Assembly (NCBI GenBank): GCA_022605425.2
Contig: CM061247.1
Location: 1-64,000, forward strand
DNA: 64,000 nucleotides
Source: Hamiltosporidium tvaerminnensis FI-OER-3-3
Lineage: Eukaryota > Fungi > Microsporidia
Direction: 5' to 3'
The notes under the pieces are model-generated. The model was not told the origin of the DNA and searched no databases. It saw only the letters and a program-made list of their open reading frames with translations. Each line of letters starts with the position of its first letter. The first letter of the stretch is position 1. Below, piece after piece: positions 41,791 through 52,611 of this stretch. The position numbers were made by a program, and so were the translations under genes.

Positions 41791-43008
41791 ATGATATTTT
41801 CTTTTTTAAGTAAAAACTTAAATTTTTTTACTTTTCATGAAAGAAAAATAAAATTTATAATTTTGATTTTTACGTTGTATTTTTCAAAAATAAAAAGGAG
41901 TGAAGATAGTGTTTTAAGTAAAGAAAGTTTATATTGTCGTATAAATTGTATTGATAGTATTTTAATGGATTATAAGGATATAGAAGAGGTAAGGGAAGGT
42001 GAAGGGGATTGTTTAAAATATGTTTTAAATGATTTAAGTGACAATCAAAGTATATATATTTATATTAAATGTAAAAATGCTAAAAAATATTTAAAAATAT
42101 TTAAATCTTTGCAATTTTTGGGAGAAAAATTTAATATTTTATTTAAGGAAAATGAAAAATTTAAGGTAAAAAATATTTTTGAAAAAATTGAATATTTTAA
42201 GGAAAAAGTGGAGGACGTGTGTGTGAGTAGAGAAAATATTTTGGGTATTAAGAAGGATATAGATGAAAGTAATTCAAAGGTGGTGCTTATGGTTGAAAAG
42301 GTAATGAAGTGTATGGATGATTTGAAGGATGATTTTACTTTTTGTAATTATTTAAAGATGGTTTCTTCTGTTAGAAATATGAAATGTAAAGTTAAAAATA
42401 TAAAAATTATTTTATGTTCAGAGATTTTGAAGAAAAAAGGGGATTCGTTTTTGGATATAAATTTGTGTTTTTGTGCTGAAACTTTTGTAAAAATTTATCC
42501 TTTTATGAATTTTCAATGTAATTCTGATATTTTAAATATGGGAAAATATTTTTTTGAAAGTAAAGTTTTTTATAAATTTGAAAATAAATTTAATTTAAGC
42601 AATAAAATTGATATTTGTTTGTCTGAAGAAATGAAAAGTGGAAAAATATTTTTGTGTTTTTTACGAGCTTTGAATAATATGCATTCACATTCGTTGGGTT
42701 CGTATTTTTATATTCCGTTTGAAAATTATTGTGTTGAAATGGTTAGTCTTTTTCCTTTTATGGTGTTGAATATGGTTTATTGTTTGGTTGTGTATTTTTT
42801 TGGGAAAAAAAAGGAATTTAAGTTTTCATATTTTCATGTTTTGTATATTGCGTATCCATTTTTTCCTTTGATTTGTGTTTTTTTTCTGTTTAGTGAAATA
42901 TATTTACAAGGAATAATGTGTGTCTTGTTTGGTGTTTTAAACTTCAGTGTTGGAATTATTTATAATTATGTCGTTTTTTATAAAAATTTATATGAATTTT
43001 TTTACTAA
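41791..43008 (+). CDS. Membrane protein, probable divergent GPI-transamidase subunit Gaa1/GPAA1
   Basis: N-terminal TM, lumenal domain with NFQCNSDILN (cf. NGQLPNLDLVN) and LRALNNMHSHSLGSYFYI (cf. RSxNNLLERxHQSFFFYL), then several C-terminal TMs. Confidence 0.6.
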   Translation: MIFSFLSKNLNFFTFHERKIKFIILIFTLYFSKIKRSEDSVLSKESLYCRINCIDSILMDYKDIEEVREGEGDCLKYVLNDLSDNQSIYIYIKCKNAKKYLKIFKSLQFLGEKFNILFKENEKFKVKNIFEKIEYFKEKVEDVCVSRENILGIKKDIDESNSKVVLMVEKVMKCMDDLKDDFTFCNYLKMVSSVRNMKCKVKNIKIILCSEILKKKGDSFLDINLCFCAETFVKIYPFMNFQCNSDILNMGKYFFESKVFYKFENKFNLSNKIDICLSEEMKSGKIFLCFLRALNNMHSHSLGSYFYIPFENYCVEMVSLFPFMVLNMVYCLVVYFFGKKKEFKFSYFHVLYIAYPFFPLICVFFLFSEIYLQGIMCVLFGVLNFSVGIIYNYVVFYKNLYEFFY

Positions 43009-43849
43009 TATTTGATTTGTGGGAGTGGTTGATGTGTTATTAAAATTCGTATTATAAATTATTTTATTGAGGTTCGATTAAAATTTAAAGATATAGCATA
43101 AGTTTGTTTATGCATATTAAAATATAGATTAGATTTTATATCAAAAACAAAATACATTTAAATTATTGAAAACTATAAATTAAACCGTAATGTCACACAA
43201 TGGGGAAGCCCTGGTAAAACTACAAAAAATACTGCTTAATATAAAAAATATTATGACTGCTGGATTAAAAAGTCTTTAATTGTAAAAAATATTTTATAAT
43301 TTTACTTTATTCGTCATTTAAAATAAATTAAAACTTTATACCTCAAAATTTTAAGATTATTTAAATATTTTTTAATTTATAAAACCATTTTCATTCCTAC
43401 TTTTCAATTTCTAATAATTTTAAATTTTATTAAAATATTTTTTCAACTTGCACTCCACTTCATATCCACAGTGTCATTATACAATAATAAATACATTTTT
43501 TCTCAAATATAAGTTTCTAAAAATATTTTACAAAAGAAGAATACAAATTCTTCATTTTTTAATAAAAAAACTTATTTCCATTAAAAATATCCAAAAAGCC
43601 ACCTCTTTACCTTTCCCTCTTATAAACTCACTTATTTCTTTGTTGTTTTTAATTCGAAATACTCAGATATTTCCGATTTTGATAGAAATTTAAAAATATT
43701 TAAATATTTATGTATTTTAATCATAGAAAAGGTGTAGCAGTATATATTTATCCAATGACACTCATATTTATTATTTTAGTTATTATATTTGTAATTTACT
43801 TTTTATTCCTTTTCTTTGAATTATAAAGCAATCCCAATCCCTCTATTTA

Positions 43850-45691
43850 ATGGACAATCTTCCAAGAAAAAGAAGAGCTGATTTTCAACTGTCTCCATAT
43901 GCAGAAAATACAAATATAAAACAGACAGATACCTCTATAAACAAACCAACCGATACAAATCAAGAGATACAAAGAAAAAGAGCAAGAGCAAGACCATTAA
44001 ATGAACACAAAGATATTCCAACACTGAAAGGAATATTTAAAAATATAAATATTCCAAGTGAAATAAATATGATGGAGAGTGTGAAGGGGAGTGTGAATGA
44101 GAATATTGAGGAAGGTATGAAGGAGAATGGAAAGGAGAATAGAATTGCAGGTTTGAATAAATCTTTTGTTCGGGCACTTGAATATGTGATAAATGTAGAA
44201 TCTTCAAAGAATTTGATATTTTTATTTGAGCAATATAAAAAATTTTTAAAAGAAATTGAAAATGAAATATTTACAAATCCGAAAGAAAAACCGTTTTCTG
44301 AATTAAAAGATGAAAAAAAATCATTTTTTTCAACCAATAATGTGACAGATTCAGTCCAGAAAAAAGATAATATAAATCCTTTCTCCAATCTTCTGCCACC
44401 ATCTGTAGACAGAAAGGATAGCAAAGATTCTGTTAAAGATAATATAAATCCTTTCTCTAATCTTCTGCCACCATCTGTAGACAGGAAGGATAGCAAAGAT
44501 TCTGTTAAAGATAATATAAATCCTTTCTCTAATCTTCTGCCACCATCTGTAGACAATTCTGATAAGAATGATTCTGTTAAAGTTAATATAAATCCTTTCT
44601 CTAATCTTCTGCCACCATCTGTAGACAATTCTGATAAGAATGATTCTGTTAAAGTTAATATAAATCCTTTCTCTAATCTTCTGCCACCATCTGTTAACAA
44701 TTCGGATAAAAAAGATAATTGTAATCCATTTTTCAATTTATTAAATCATAATTCTCCTTCCACTGATCTTTCTATACTAAAAGAACCTGAAGATTCTTCT
44801 AAAAGTAGTTTCTGTGATCAAAATATTTTTCAATCGGATTCAAACAAAATTGATTCAAATAATTTTCAAAATCCTATATTTTCACCCGGTTTAAATAAAA
44901 AAACCGAAAATAAAAATTTAAATGACGAAAAATTTACTGAAAATATTACCAGACCGGACAAAAAACGAGTCAGTTTTGATCTATCACGTAACGAAGAACT
45001 AAACAATTCTACTTTCCATGATTCTTCATTTATGAAATCAGACGACTCTTTTTCTCTTACAAAAAGTCCACAAAATAATATTTTCATCTCATCATCTCCC
45101 AAAACCTTGTCAAATACTGTTACACAGCCATTTACATTCTACGACAAACACAATGTTAAAGATATACTAGCCTCCTCATTAAGAACTAACCCTCATACTA
45201 CACCCAATCCATTTACCATCTTCGACAAACACAATACCAAAGAAGATATAACCACTACTTCCTCACCGAAAACCACACCCAATCCATTCAAATTCTACGA
45301 CAGCCAAAACACCAAAGATATTCTTTCTAGTAATATGGATACACCAGATATATATTTACAACCCACCAATGAATATCTCCTAAATAACAAATTACAATCT
45401 CAAAATATTTCTCTCTACCACCTCAAAAACACAAAAACCAACAACGAATACATTTTACTCGGTAAGCCATACATTTACTTAAAAAACAATTTTCTTACAA
45501 TATTTTATTCTAAAAACAAAGATTCAATTCAACTTTTTAAAAATAAAGAAATACAAAATATTTCTATTAAATATACCAATGGAGACCAGTTTATTGTTAT
45601 TGGTGTAGATAATGATTTAAATTTATATAAAATATTTTTTGATAATTTTAAAGATATTTCTGTTGTTTTGGAGAATTTAAATAAAAAATAA
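43850..45691 (+). CDS. Nup2/Nup50-like nucleoporin
   Basis: N-terminal RKRRADFQL...RKRARA importin-alpha-binding-like motif; RIAGLNKSFVRALEYVINVESSKNLIFLFEQYKKFLKEIE matches the conserved Nup2/Nup50 helical segment; Phe-rich disordered middle; beta-rich C-terminal RanBD-like domain. Confidence 0.75.
   Translation: MDNLPRKRRADFQLSPYAENTNIKQTDTSINKPTDTNQEIQRKRARARPLNEHKDIPTLKGIFKNINIPSEINMMESVKGSVNENIEEGMKENGKENRIAGLNKSFVRALEYVINVESSKNLIFLFEQYKKFLKEIENEIFTNPKEKPFSELKDEKKSFFSTNNVTDSVQKKDNINPFSNLLPPSVDRKDSKDSVKDNINPFSNLLPPSVDRKDSKDSVKDNINPFSNLLPPSVDNSDKNDSVKVNINPFSNLLPPSVDNSDKNDSVKVNINPFSNLLPPSVNNSDKKDNCNPFFNLLNHNSPSTDLSILKEPEDSSKSSFCDQNIFQSDSNKIDSNNFQNPIFSPGLNKKTENKNLNDEKFTENITRPDKKRVSFDLSRNEELNNSTFHDSSFMKSDDSFSLTKSPQNNIFISSSPKTLSNTVTQPFTFYDKHNVKDILASSLRTNPHTTPNPFTIFDKHNTKEDITTTSSPKTTPNPFKFYDSQNTKDILSSNMDTPDIYLQPTNEYLLNNKLQSQNISLYHLKNTKTNNEYILLGKPYIYLKNNFLTIFYSKNKDSIQLFKNKEIQNISIKYTNGDQFIVIGVDNDLNLYKIFFDNFKDISVVLENLNKK
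44365..44735 (+). repeat. 72-bp (24-aa) coding tandem repeat, ~5 copies, NINPFSNLLPPSV
   Basis: aatataaatcc at 44369, 44441, 44513 and onward at 72-bp period. Confidence 0.95.
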
Positions 45692-45870
45692 AAAATTATT
45701 ATTTGTTGATTTAATTGTTAGAATTTATTTGAAGTTTAAGAATTATAGTATAATTTTAATTTAATAATCTTTATTAAATCATTAAAATATTAAATTATTT
45801 GTAAGTCTTAATATTATTTTTTATTATCTTATAATCTTATAATCTCATTATATATTTTCATAGGTATTTT

Positions 45871-46701
45871 TTAATAAAATTCTTGGTTAAAATATTTTTA
45901 CCATTTTTTACATGTTTTCTTCTGTTCTTTAACCACTTCTGTCTCTTCTTCCCAATCCGACTCTTCATTTATGCTATTGGTCGGTTTCATTAACGCGGTT
46001 CCTTCTTCTGAAATAAGAAGTATAATATTTTTCCTTTTTTTAACACCATCTTCCCTCTTTTCTCTTCTTTTAAAGGGGACGTTGGTTCCTCATGCATCTC
46101 TGATCTCATAATAACACCCATTGACGCTCTCTTCCAGCTCTCGTCGGCATTTAGTCTTGACTCAAGTCCTCTTCGTCGATCAAAGGAAATTGTTTCGACT
46201 GTCTTCTTAAGTACTATAGACTGAATGTATGCTTCTACATTCATGGGTATTTCTAGTCTTTTAATATGAGATTTATGGTATTTTGTCACAATACCGTCCC
46301 AGGTCATCACATAAGAAATTATCTCAACACTACACTTATAAATAAGACCCAACTCATTGGCTAGCAGGTCATACTTCCTAAGTTTTTCCATTTCAACTAT
46401 TTGAAGTGAATCTTGGGAAGTGATTCCTGCTTCAATGAGTGTTATCTTATTCTTCTTCTTATCTAAAATAAATATGTCCGGTCTGTTATTCCGAATTTTA
46501 ACATCAGTTTTTATTCTGGTGTCCACTCTTATCTCTGCATACTCATTATTAAGAATTTCTTGAACTGAGTGACTCCTAATTCGTTTTGAAGACTTAAACT
46601 TATATCTATTTAGGAGAAGTAAGTGCTGGCATCTAACCACTTCATTATGCCGTCTGGTGTAGTCATGGCCAAGTATTTTTTCACATCGAGTTGCTAGATG
46701 A
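45871..46701 (-). mobile_element. 5'-truncated RLE-type non-LTR retrotransposon, copy 2 (R4/NeSL-like architecture)
   Basis: HLATRCEKILGHDYTRRHNEVV (end of CCHC finger plus RHN motif), then PD-(D/E)xK nuclease RPDIFILD...IEAGIT...EKLRKYDLL; terminus ttaaccaagaattttattaaa. Confidence 0.92.
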
Positions 46702-46824
46702 AATGTATCCTTTATAAAAATATCTTTTTAATTTAAATTTTATTTCTGTTTTTTTATCATTTTTTTAAAACAAATCTGAAACTTTGAGAATTTATAAGAA
46801 AAATAAAATTCTTAATGATTATAA

Positions 46825-47001
46825 ATGACTTTAATGCCTAAAGAAGAAGTAGAAATAGAATTTAAAGATGTAATTATGTGGTTATCTATACTTTGTATAA
46901 TTTGTTGTATTATGTATTTACATTCTTATATTAGAAGACTTGTAAAGGTAAATACTAATAAAAATGAGGGAGATAATAGGAAAGGTATTTATAGTAAATA
47001 A
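46825..47001 (+). CDS. Small single-pass membrane protein (58 aa), not in the ORF track; weak resemblance to Kish/TMEM167
   Basis: MTLMPKEEVEIEFKDVIMWLSILCIICCIMYLHSYIRRLVKVNTNKNEGDNRKGIYSK*. Confidence 0.45.
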   Translation: MTLMPKEEVEIEFKDVIMWLSILCIICCIMYLHSYIRRLVKVNTNKNEGDNRKGIYSK

Positions 47002-47130
47002 AGGGTGTTAAATATTTAGAGAGTGTAGTGTGGAGTAAAGGGGTGTTAAATACATGGAGAGTGTAGTCTGGATTAAAGGGGTGATAAATACAAGCATGGT
47101 TTTCCATTTGATTAAAGGGGTGTTAAATAT
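46998..47130. repeat. Four TAAAGGGGTGTTAAATA-type direct repeats at 38-39-bp period with variable spacers
   Basis: TGTTA/TGATA at 47006, 47044, 47082, 47121; third spacer unrelated to the first two. Confidence 0.88.
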
Positions 47131-47213
47131 CAAGTCAATATATTCCGTTTGATCTCTTCTTTCCTTCTAAAATATAACGATTTATAAAAAAAAATAAAAA
47201 AAAGATTGTATTA

Positions 47214-47219
47214 CCCCCT
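47214..47219 (+). promoter_or_regulatory. Microsporidian CCC-like motif immediately upstream of the start codon
   Basis: ttaccccctATG; similar CCC runs precede ATGs at 29142, 40237, 41791 and 43850, matching the known microsporidian start-proximal motif. Confidence 0.6.
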
Positions 47220-47684
47220 ATGGTAGCTAACAATTATACATGGTCACAAGAATTTGATGATATTTCAATTACAGTAGAACATACAAGTAATATTAACAGT
47301 TCAGATGTATGTGTTGCGGTAATAAATGATATTTTAGAAATATCTATAAATAAAGAAATAATTATATCTGATAAATTATGTAAACCAGTTATAAATGATG
47401 AGATTGTATGGGAAATAGATGGTAATATATTGGTAGTGACACTTACTAAACGAGTCAAAGAGTGGTGGGAGTCTGCCTTTGAAGGACATGAAAAGGTAGA
47501 TGTTAGTAAGATAGCAGAGACACGTAATACTAGTTTAAATGATTTAGATTCTGAATCCAGACAAATGGTTGAAAAAATGCTTTATGAACAGAAGTGTAAA
47601 GCTACGGGTGAAAAGACAGAGGAAGAACTTAGAAATGAGGAATTGATGAAAAAATTAAATATGAGTCAGTTTGAAGGAGATTAA
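47220..47684 (+). CDS. nudC: NudC (CS/p23 domain) co-chaperone
   Basis: NYTWSQ...WEIDG..LVVTLTK...WW....GHEKVD...LNDLDSESRQMVEKMLYEQ signature. Confidence 0.93.
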   Translation: MVANNYTWSQEFDDISITVEHTSNINSSDVCVAVINDILEISINKEIIISDKLCKPVINDEIVWEIDGNILVVTLTKRVKEWWESAFEGHEKVDVSKIAETRNTSLNDLDSESRQMVEKMLYEQKCKATGEKTEEELRNEELMKKLNMSQFEGD

Positions 47685-50600
47685 TTAAAAAAAATTTAAA
47701 CGATATAATTTTCTATACGGAAGAATTCTATTATAAATATTTTTTTTATCTTACCTGATGTAATAAGGACACATTACTGAATCAGAGCAATTTTTGGTTC
47801 AACTTCTGGTTCAACTTTTGTTTATCTCGGAGAGTTTGGTTTTTATAGGCTAAGACAACTGATATTTATTTTTACATTATCTTGTCATTTGGTTTTAGGA
47901 ACGAAATAGGATTCTAGATTACTAAGTAAAATTTTCTATTTTTTTACATTTATTTATGACCTTGCTTTGTGTTACTCAGTCACAGGAGTTTGGGAACTTA
48001 TACTTACTAATAAACTAAATTCTTATAAAGTCTGGGCTCTCTCTGTTAACTGCTTTTAATCACTTATTTCAGAGGTTTTTTATGAGTTTTGGTTTTTATA
48101 CCCTTTGTATGGTTTAAGTTGATCTGGTTTATATATATGTTGGTCAACCGTCACCAATATTGCTCTAAGACAAATTATTTTATTCATTTCTAGCTTCTCA
48201 ATTTTATAAATTAAGATTCTTAGATGCTTTTTGTTTATGGTTTGCTACATTCCATTCTCTTTTTCTTTCCATTGGTTTCATAATTATCCGGCTAAATAAA
48301 TCTTAAGTATTCAAAGAGTACAATTCGTCAGAAAAAATCTAATTTTTGGACAAAATGTAGTACATTTTAATAGTTTTTAAATTCAAAGTGTATTTATTTT
48401 CTTTCTGTGATTGATAGTAAAACTTTATTCGGGATTTTTAAAGAATTTTCGGAAATTCTGGGAGATTATCTATTTTTGAACACGATTCTGATGCTATAGT
48501 ATAGCTAAAACTTTACACTACTTAGTTGTGCTAGTTGTCTTCTTTTTATTTTCTAGTTTTTAATGTTTGTTATAAATATAAATAAAAAGCTTGCAGGTGT
48601 AAGTATCTTCTTGTTTCAAACGATTGAATATCGATTTTTCCCTTACTAATTTTTGTTGGCTAATAAAACCATCTTCTTTTCTTTCTTATTCTTCTTAAAT
48701 TTTATCAAAGAAGTTTAACTATAGTGTTTGAAACTTCGTTTAAATTTAATTTTTTCCTTTAGCTATAGCCAATAAAAAGCCAATGTATTATTTAATTAAC
48801 TTTAGGCAGTTTTCATGTGACATTTCATGCCAAATTTTAAGCCATTTCTTGAATTTTCTAAAATCAGCTTGATATTCCCTGAAAGTACTTTCTACTTATG
48901 ATATAAGCTATTCAGTTATAAGTTTATTAAAGAGTTACAAATATTAATCAAAAGAAACGTTTTTTATTTTATAAGAGTTTAATTTTATATCAGTGGGAAT
49001 AGGCATAAAGTGTGCGTTATTCTAATATTCAGGCGTTTTTTCATAATCTAAACTTTGAGAGTTATAGAAAAAAATCTTTGTAAGTTCTTTTTTTTTCTAT
49101 TCTAGTATTTGGGCGTTGATCGAATCTTTACCAGATGCCTCGTTGTCATAAAAGCAATAACTATTCGGTTCCATTTCACAGAGTTGGAATTCTAATGCCA
49201 TTATTTTACTCAAAATTTACATTTATTCTTTAGAAAATTATTTTACTTGCCTAATTAATTGATTTAGCAGCAACTAAAAAAATTAGTTCATAAACCTATG
49301 ACTTTTCTAAGTCTATTCGCCTCTCCTCATTAGCTGCAATTAAAAAAACAGTTCTACCTTGAAAAACTATACCCGAGCATATCTCATGGATATAGTTCTT
49401 TAGCTTGCTTATCTAATGCTTCTGCTTTTATTTAGGATGCATGTTTATTTACGGATTTATCTGTTTTTCCGTAAACACATGATACTCTGACATTCATCAA
49501 ATATTTTTGATTTTGCTTTTCTTCATAATTTTTCGTATCAATTAATCCCTTTCATTGTTCCGCGTGCGAAAAATCAAATGTGCATTTCTCACCAACCAGA
49601 TTTACTTGACTAATTGCCAAAAAACCGATTTTGTCTTTACCAGCATCACATTGCAATTTATTATTCACCGTGCGGCTTACAATGATATATTTGTATTCCA
49701 CATGTCAAAATTTGAAAAATTTTAACTTATCGTGATACTTTCTTCAATGATTTTTCTTACATCTTGTGCTCTTGGCTTTTGATTGTAAACTTTTTCGGTT
49801 TAGTTCTTTTATTATATTTTTCCATTGTTAGCTGCAACATTTTAGTATTACAAGGTTTAAATTTATTAAATTTGCTCTTCTGTTGTCCACTCAATTTAAC
49901 ACTAGAGTGATTTCTATTATTTGTCCCTATATCACAAAACACCCACTTCTTGATTATCTAACGATGTACATGTCGTCTCTTATATTCCTTGGTCCGTAGA
50001 ACATTGTAAAAATAATTATATTTTTACAGCAACAAAGTAAACAACCAGAACACATTTTTTTTGATTTTATTGGCGAGTTTTTTTTTCCGGTGTGCAATTT
50101 ATGTATTCTTTCTCTTTTTACATTAACGTTTAGGCCTCTATTTATCGTTTTTTTAGTATAATGAGCTTGCCACATTATTTTTCTAGAATGTTTAAAAGTT
50201 TGTTTTTTTATATATCTGGTGTTTATATGAATGAGGAATTTTTGCGAAAAATTCACAAATGAAATTATCTTTCTTTATCGTTGGAAAATTTCTGGGACAA
50301 TCTCTACAAACCTGTATAATGTTATTATTCAATTCAAATGCTGTAGTCGTTGTAAATGAATTCATTTTTTAGTGTAAAATAATTCTTCGAGTATTTGTTT
50401 CAAAAGGGCTATTTTTCATGTAAATTTGCTACTGTAGAAATATCCATAGTATAATTTTAAATCACGAATTTAACAGTATCCAATGTATCTTTCTTCAGAA
50501 GTCTGTGCATATTTAGAATCCATCTTTTTAGCGTAATTTTCAAATATTTCGATTTTTATTTATTTTGAGATCTTTCTGTATATTAACAAATTATTTAAAT

Positions 50601-51484
50601 TTTCATAGCATATTCTGGTTCTAAAAAGTTGGTTCCTTTTTCTTCCATCTTTCTTTCTTCTTATACTCTGGATTTATGGCTTATTGTGAAGAATCATTTT
50701 CTTTTTTTACATGTAGAATTTCTTTAAGTTATGATTATTTGAGATAGCTAATTTACAATTTATTACACATTGCTAAATAGTTTTGCAGTATGGGGAAAGA
50801 TATTCACATTAAAAACTATCTGTTTGGTAATGACTGGGTATATTTGATATGAAAATTTTTGTTGCAATTTCGGTGGGATATAAACCACACTGGATCTATA
50901 GGCTAATTCCCTATAATCATGAGTTACAACAGATGAAAAGAAACAAAAGAAAAACTTCCAATGTTCATCCTCAACACCAAAGGTAATAGAAAATAGAATA
51001 CGTAAGTGAGCAGTATTGCAAAACTAAATTATATTTCTATAAAATTTATGTTCTATTTTTAAACTTTTTGCTATATTAATTGCTCTCGTATTGTGCAAAT
51101 GATAAATTTTTCATTGAGGAACTGGAATTGTATTTTATTCAGGTGTCTTATCTTATTTGTACATATATGTTTTTAAGATATTGAGGCTGAATGATAAATC
51201 TGTTTTAAATTTGGATTTTTTCAATTAAAAAAATGGCTCAAAAGGTAAAAATAAACTTTAGATTATAAATTCTCACTTTCTTAGTACCAATTTGCTAAGG
51301 AAACACAAGTGACCGCTAAGTTTTTTAATCTTGCACATATTTTTAGTTCATTCGTAATACATTTCCTCTATTAATATAAAAGTTTTGTTTCGTGTTTTTT
51401 TGCACAATTTTTAAAGTCATAAGACACGATGTCCTATCTTAAAAAGGTATAATTAAATTACAAACACATTTTTAAGATAATACT

Positions 51485-51626
51485 AAATATTCATTCTCTG
51501 TATGAACTATTTTGAGAATAAAAACAAAAATATCTATTAACACTTTAATATTTGAATTATATTTTAAATATTCATTCTCTGTATGAAACATTTTGAAATA
51601 AACACAAAAATATTTATTAACATTTA
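51485..51626. repeat. Two-copy direct repeat (~60 bp matched, ~80-bp period)
   Basis: aaatattcattctctgtatgaa...caaaaatat.tattaaca occurs twice. Confidence 0.8.
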
Positions 51627-51734
51627 TAGTTTATTTCAAACAACTATTTTTTAGGTAATTTATAACTCTTCTTTGAAATTTTACAGACATAAACTAACAA
51701 TAAACAAAAAAAAATAGGAAAGAATACATTTTAC

Positions 51735-51989
51735 TTAAAAAGACATTTTTCTATTTCTTTTATTTCTTCTTTTCGTTCTTATACTATTCTGTATAATTAT
51801 TCCTTCAGATTCCATATAATCAGTACCAACCAAATAATCAAACCTGTCCATTGCATCTTCAAAAAACATACCATCTTCCATTCTTTTTCTTAGAGTATAA
51901 TCTACATATATGTTGTATAGATGTGATGGTGGTAGCATTTTGTTTATTATAAACATTTCTTTATATATTTTATGATTTGTAACAATCAA
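51735..51989 (-). CDS. Short hypothetical protein or 3' gene fragment
   Basis: Protein-like 84-aa ORF with basic C-terminal tail; upstream frame interrupted. Confidence 0.35.
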   Translation of the reverse strand: MIVTNHKIYKEMFIINKMLPPSHLYNIYVDYTLRKRMEDGMFFEDAMDRFDYLVGTDYMESEGIIIQNSIRTKRRNKRNRKMSF

Positions 51990-52117
51990 ATAAATAAAAA
52001 ATATTCCTTAGTTTTATATAACTTTGAAATATAATCAACATTATAAATTATAAAGCATAGGTAGTATTTTGGTTCAAAAATGAAATTTTAATATATTCTT
52101 TAAAATCAGAATAAAAG

Positions 52118-52375
52118 AATTAACACCCTGTTAATAATGAAGTATTTTATAATGCAATAACACCCTTAAATATACTATTTTTCTAAATATAATAACACCC
52201 TTAAATATAATATTTTTCTAAATATAATAACACCCTGTTAATCATCTAGTATTTACATAATAAATTAACACCCCTTAATTATAGTATATTCCAGGTAATA
52301 ATAACACCCTGTTAATCATCTAGTATTTACATAATAAATTAACACCCCTTAATTATAGTATATTCCAGGTAATAA
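52118..52375. repeat. 35-38-bp-period TAACACCC array with several spacer types and a duplicated 74-bp higher-order unit
   Basis: Cores at 52121, 52158, 52193, 52228, 52266, 52302, 52340. Confidence 0.92.
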
Positions 52376-52611
52376 GAGTCTATCAAATAACCTATAACGA
52401 GGTCAATCATATAAGTATATTAACATATCTTGACTTATAATGCCTCTCTTGATATTAAAAAGCATTTTAATAATAAAAAATTGATTTTAAACTAAAAATA
52501 TTTGATTTACCTACGTACCTTTTAGTGTGTTAATATTCTAAGAAGCTTTCTATCAGTAAAAAAAGTTTTATTAAAAATGTAAAACAATGATAAAACCACG
52601 GATTTCTTTAA

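Noticed and set aside
43960-45102. Minus-strand ORFs of 258 and 78 aa
   Set aside because: Antisense shadows of the Nup2-like gene, kept open by its 72-bp repeat.
46948-46979. Possible 32-nt intron gtaaat...tag in the small TM ORF
   Set aside because: 5' site deviates from GTAAGT and splicing gives an immediate stop; unsupported without cDNA.
46998-47130. True CRISPR array
   Set aside because: Eukaryotic context, no cas genes, short non-palindromic repeat, and most spacers in these arrays are duplicates of each other.
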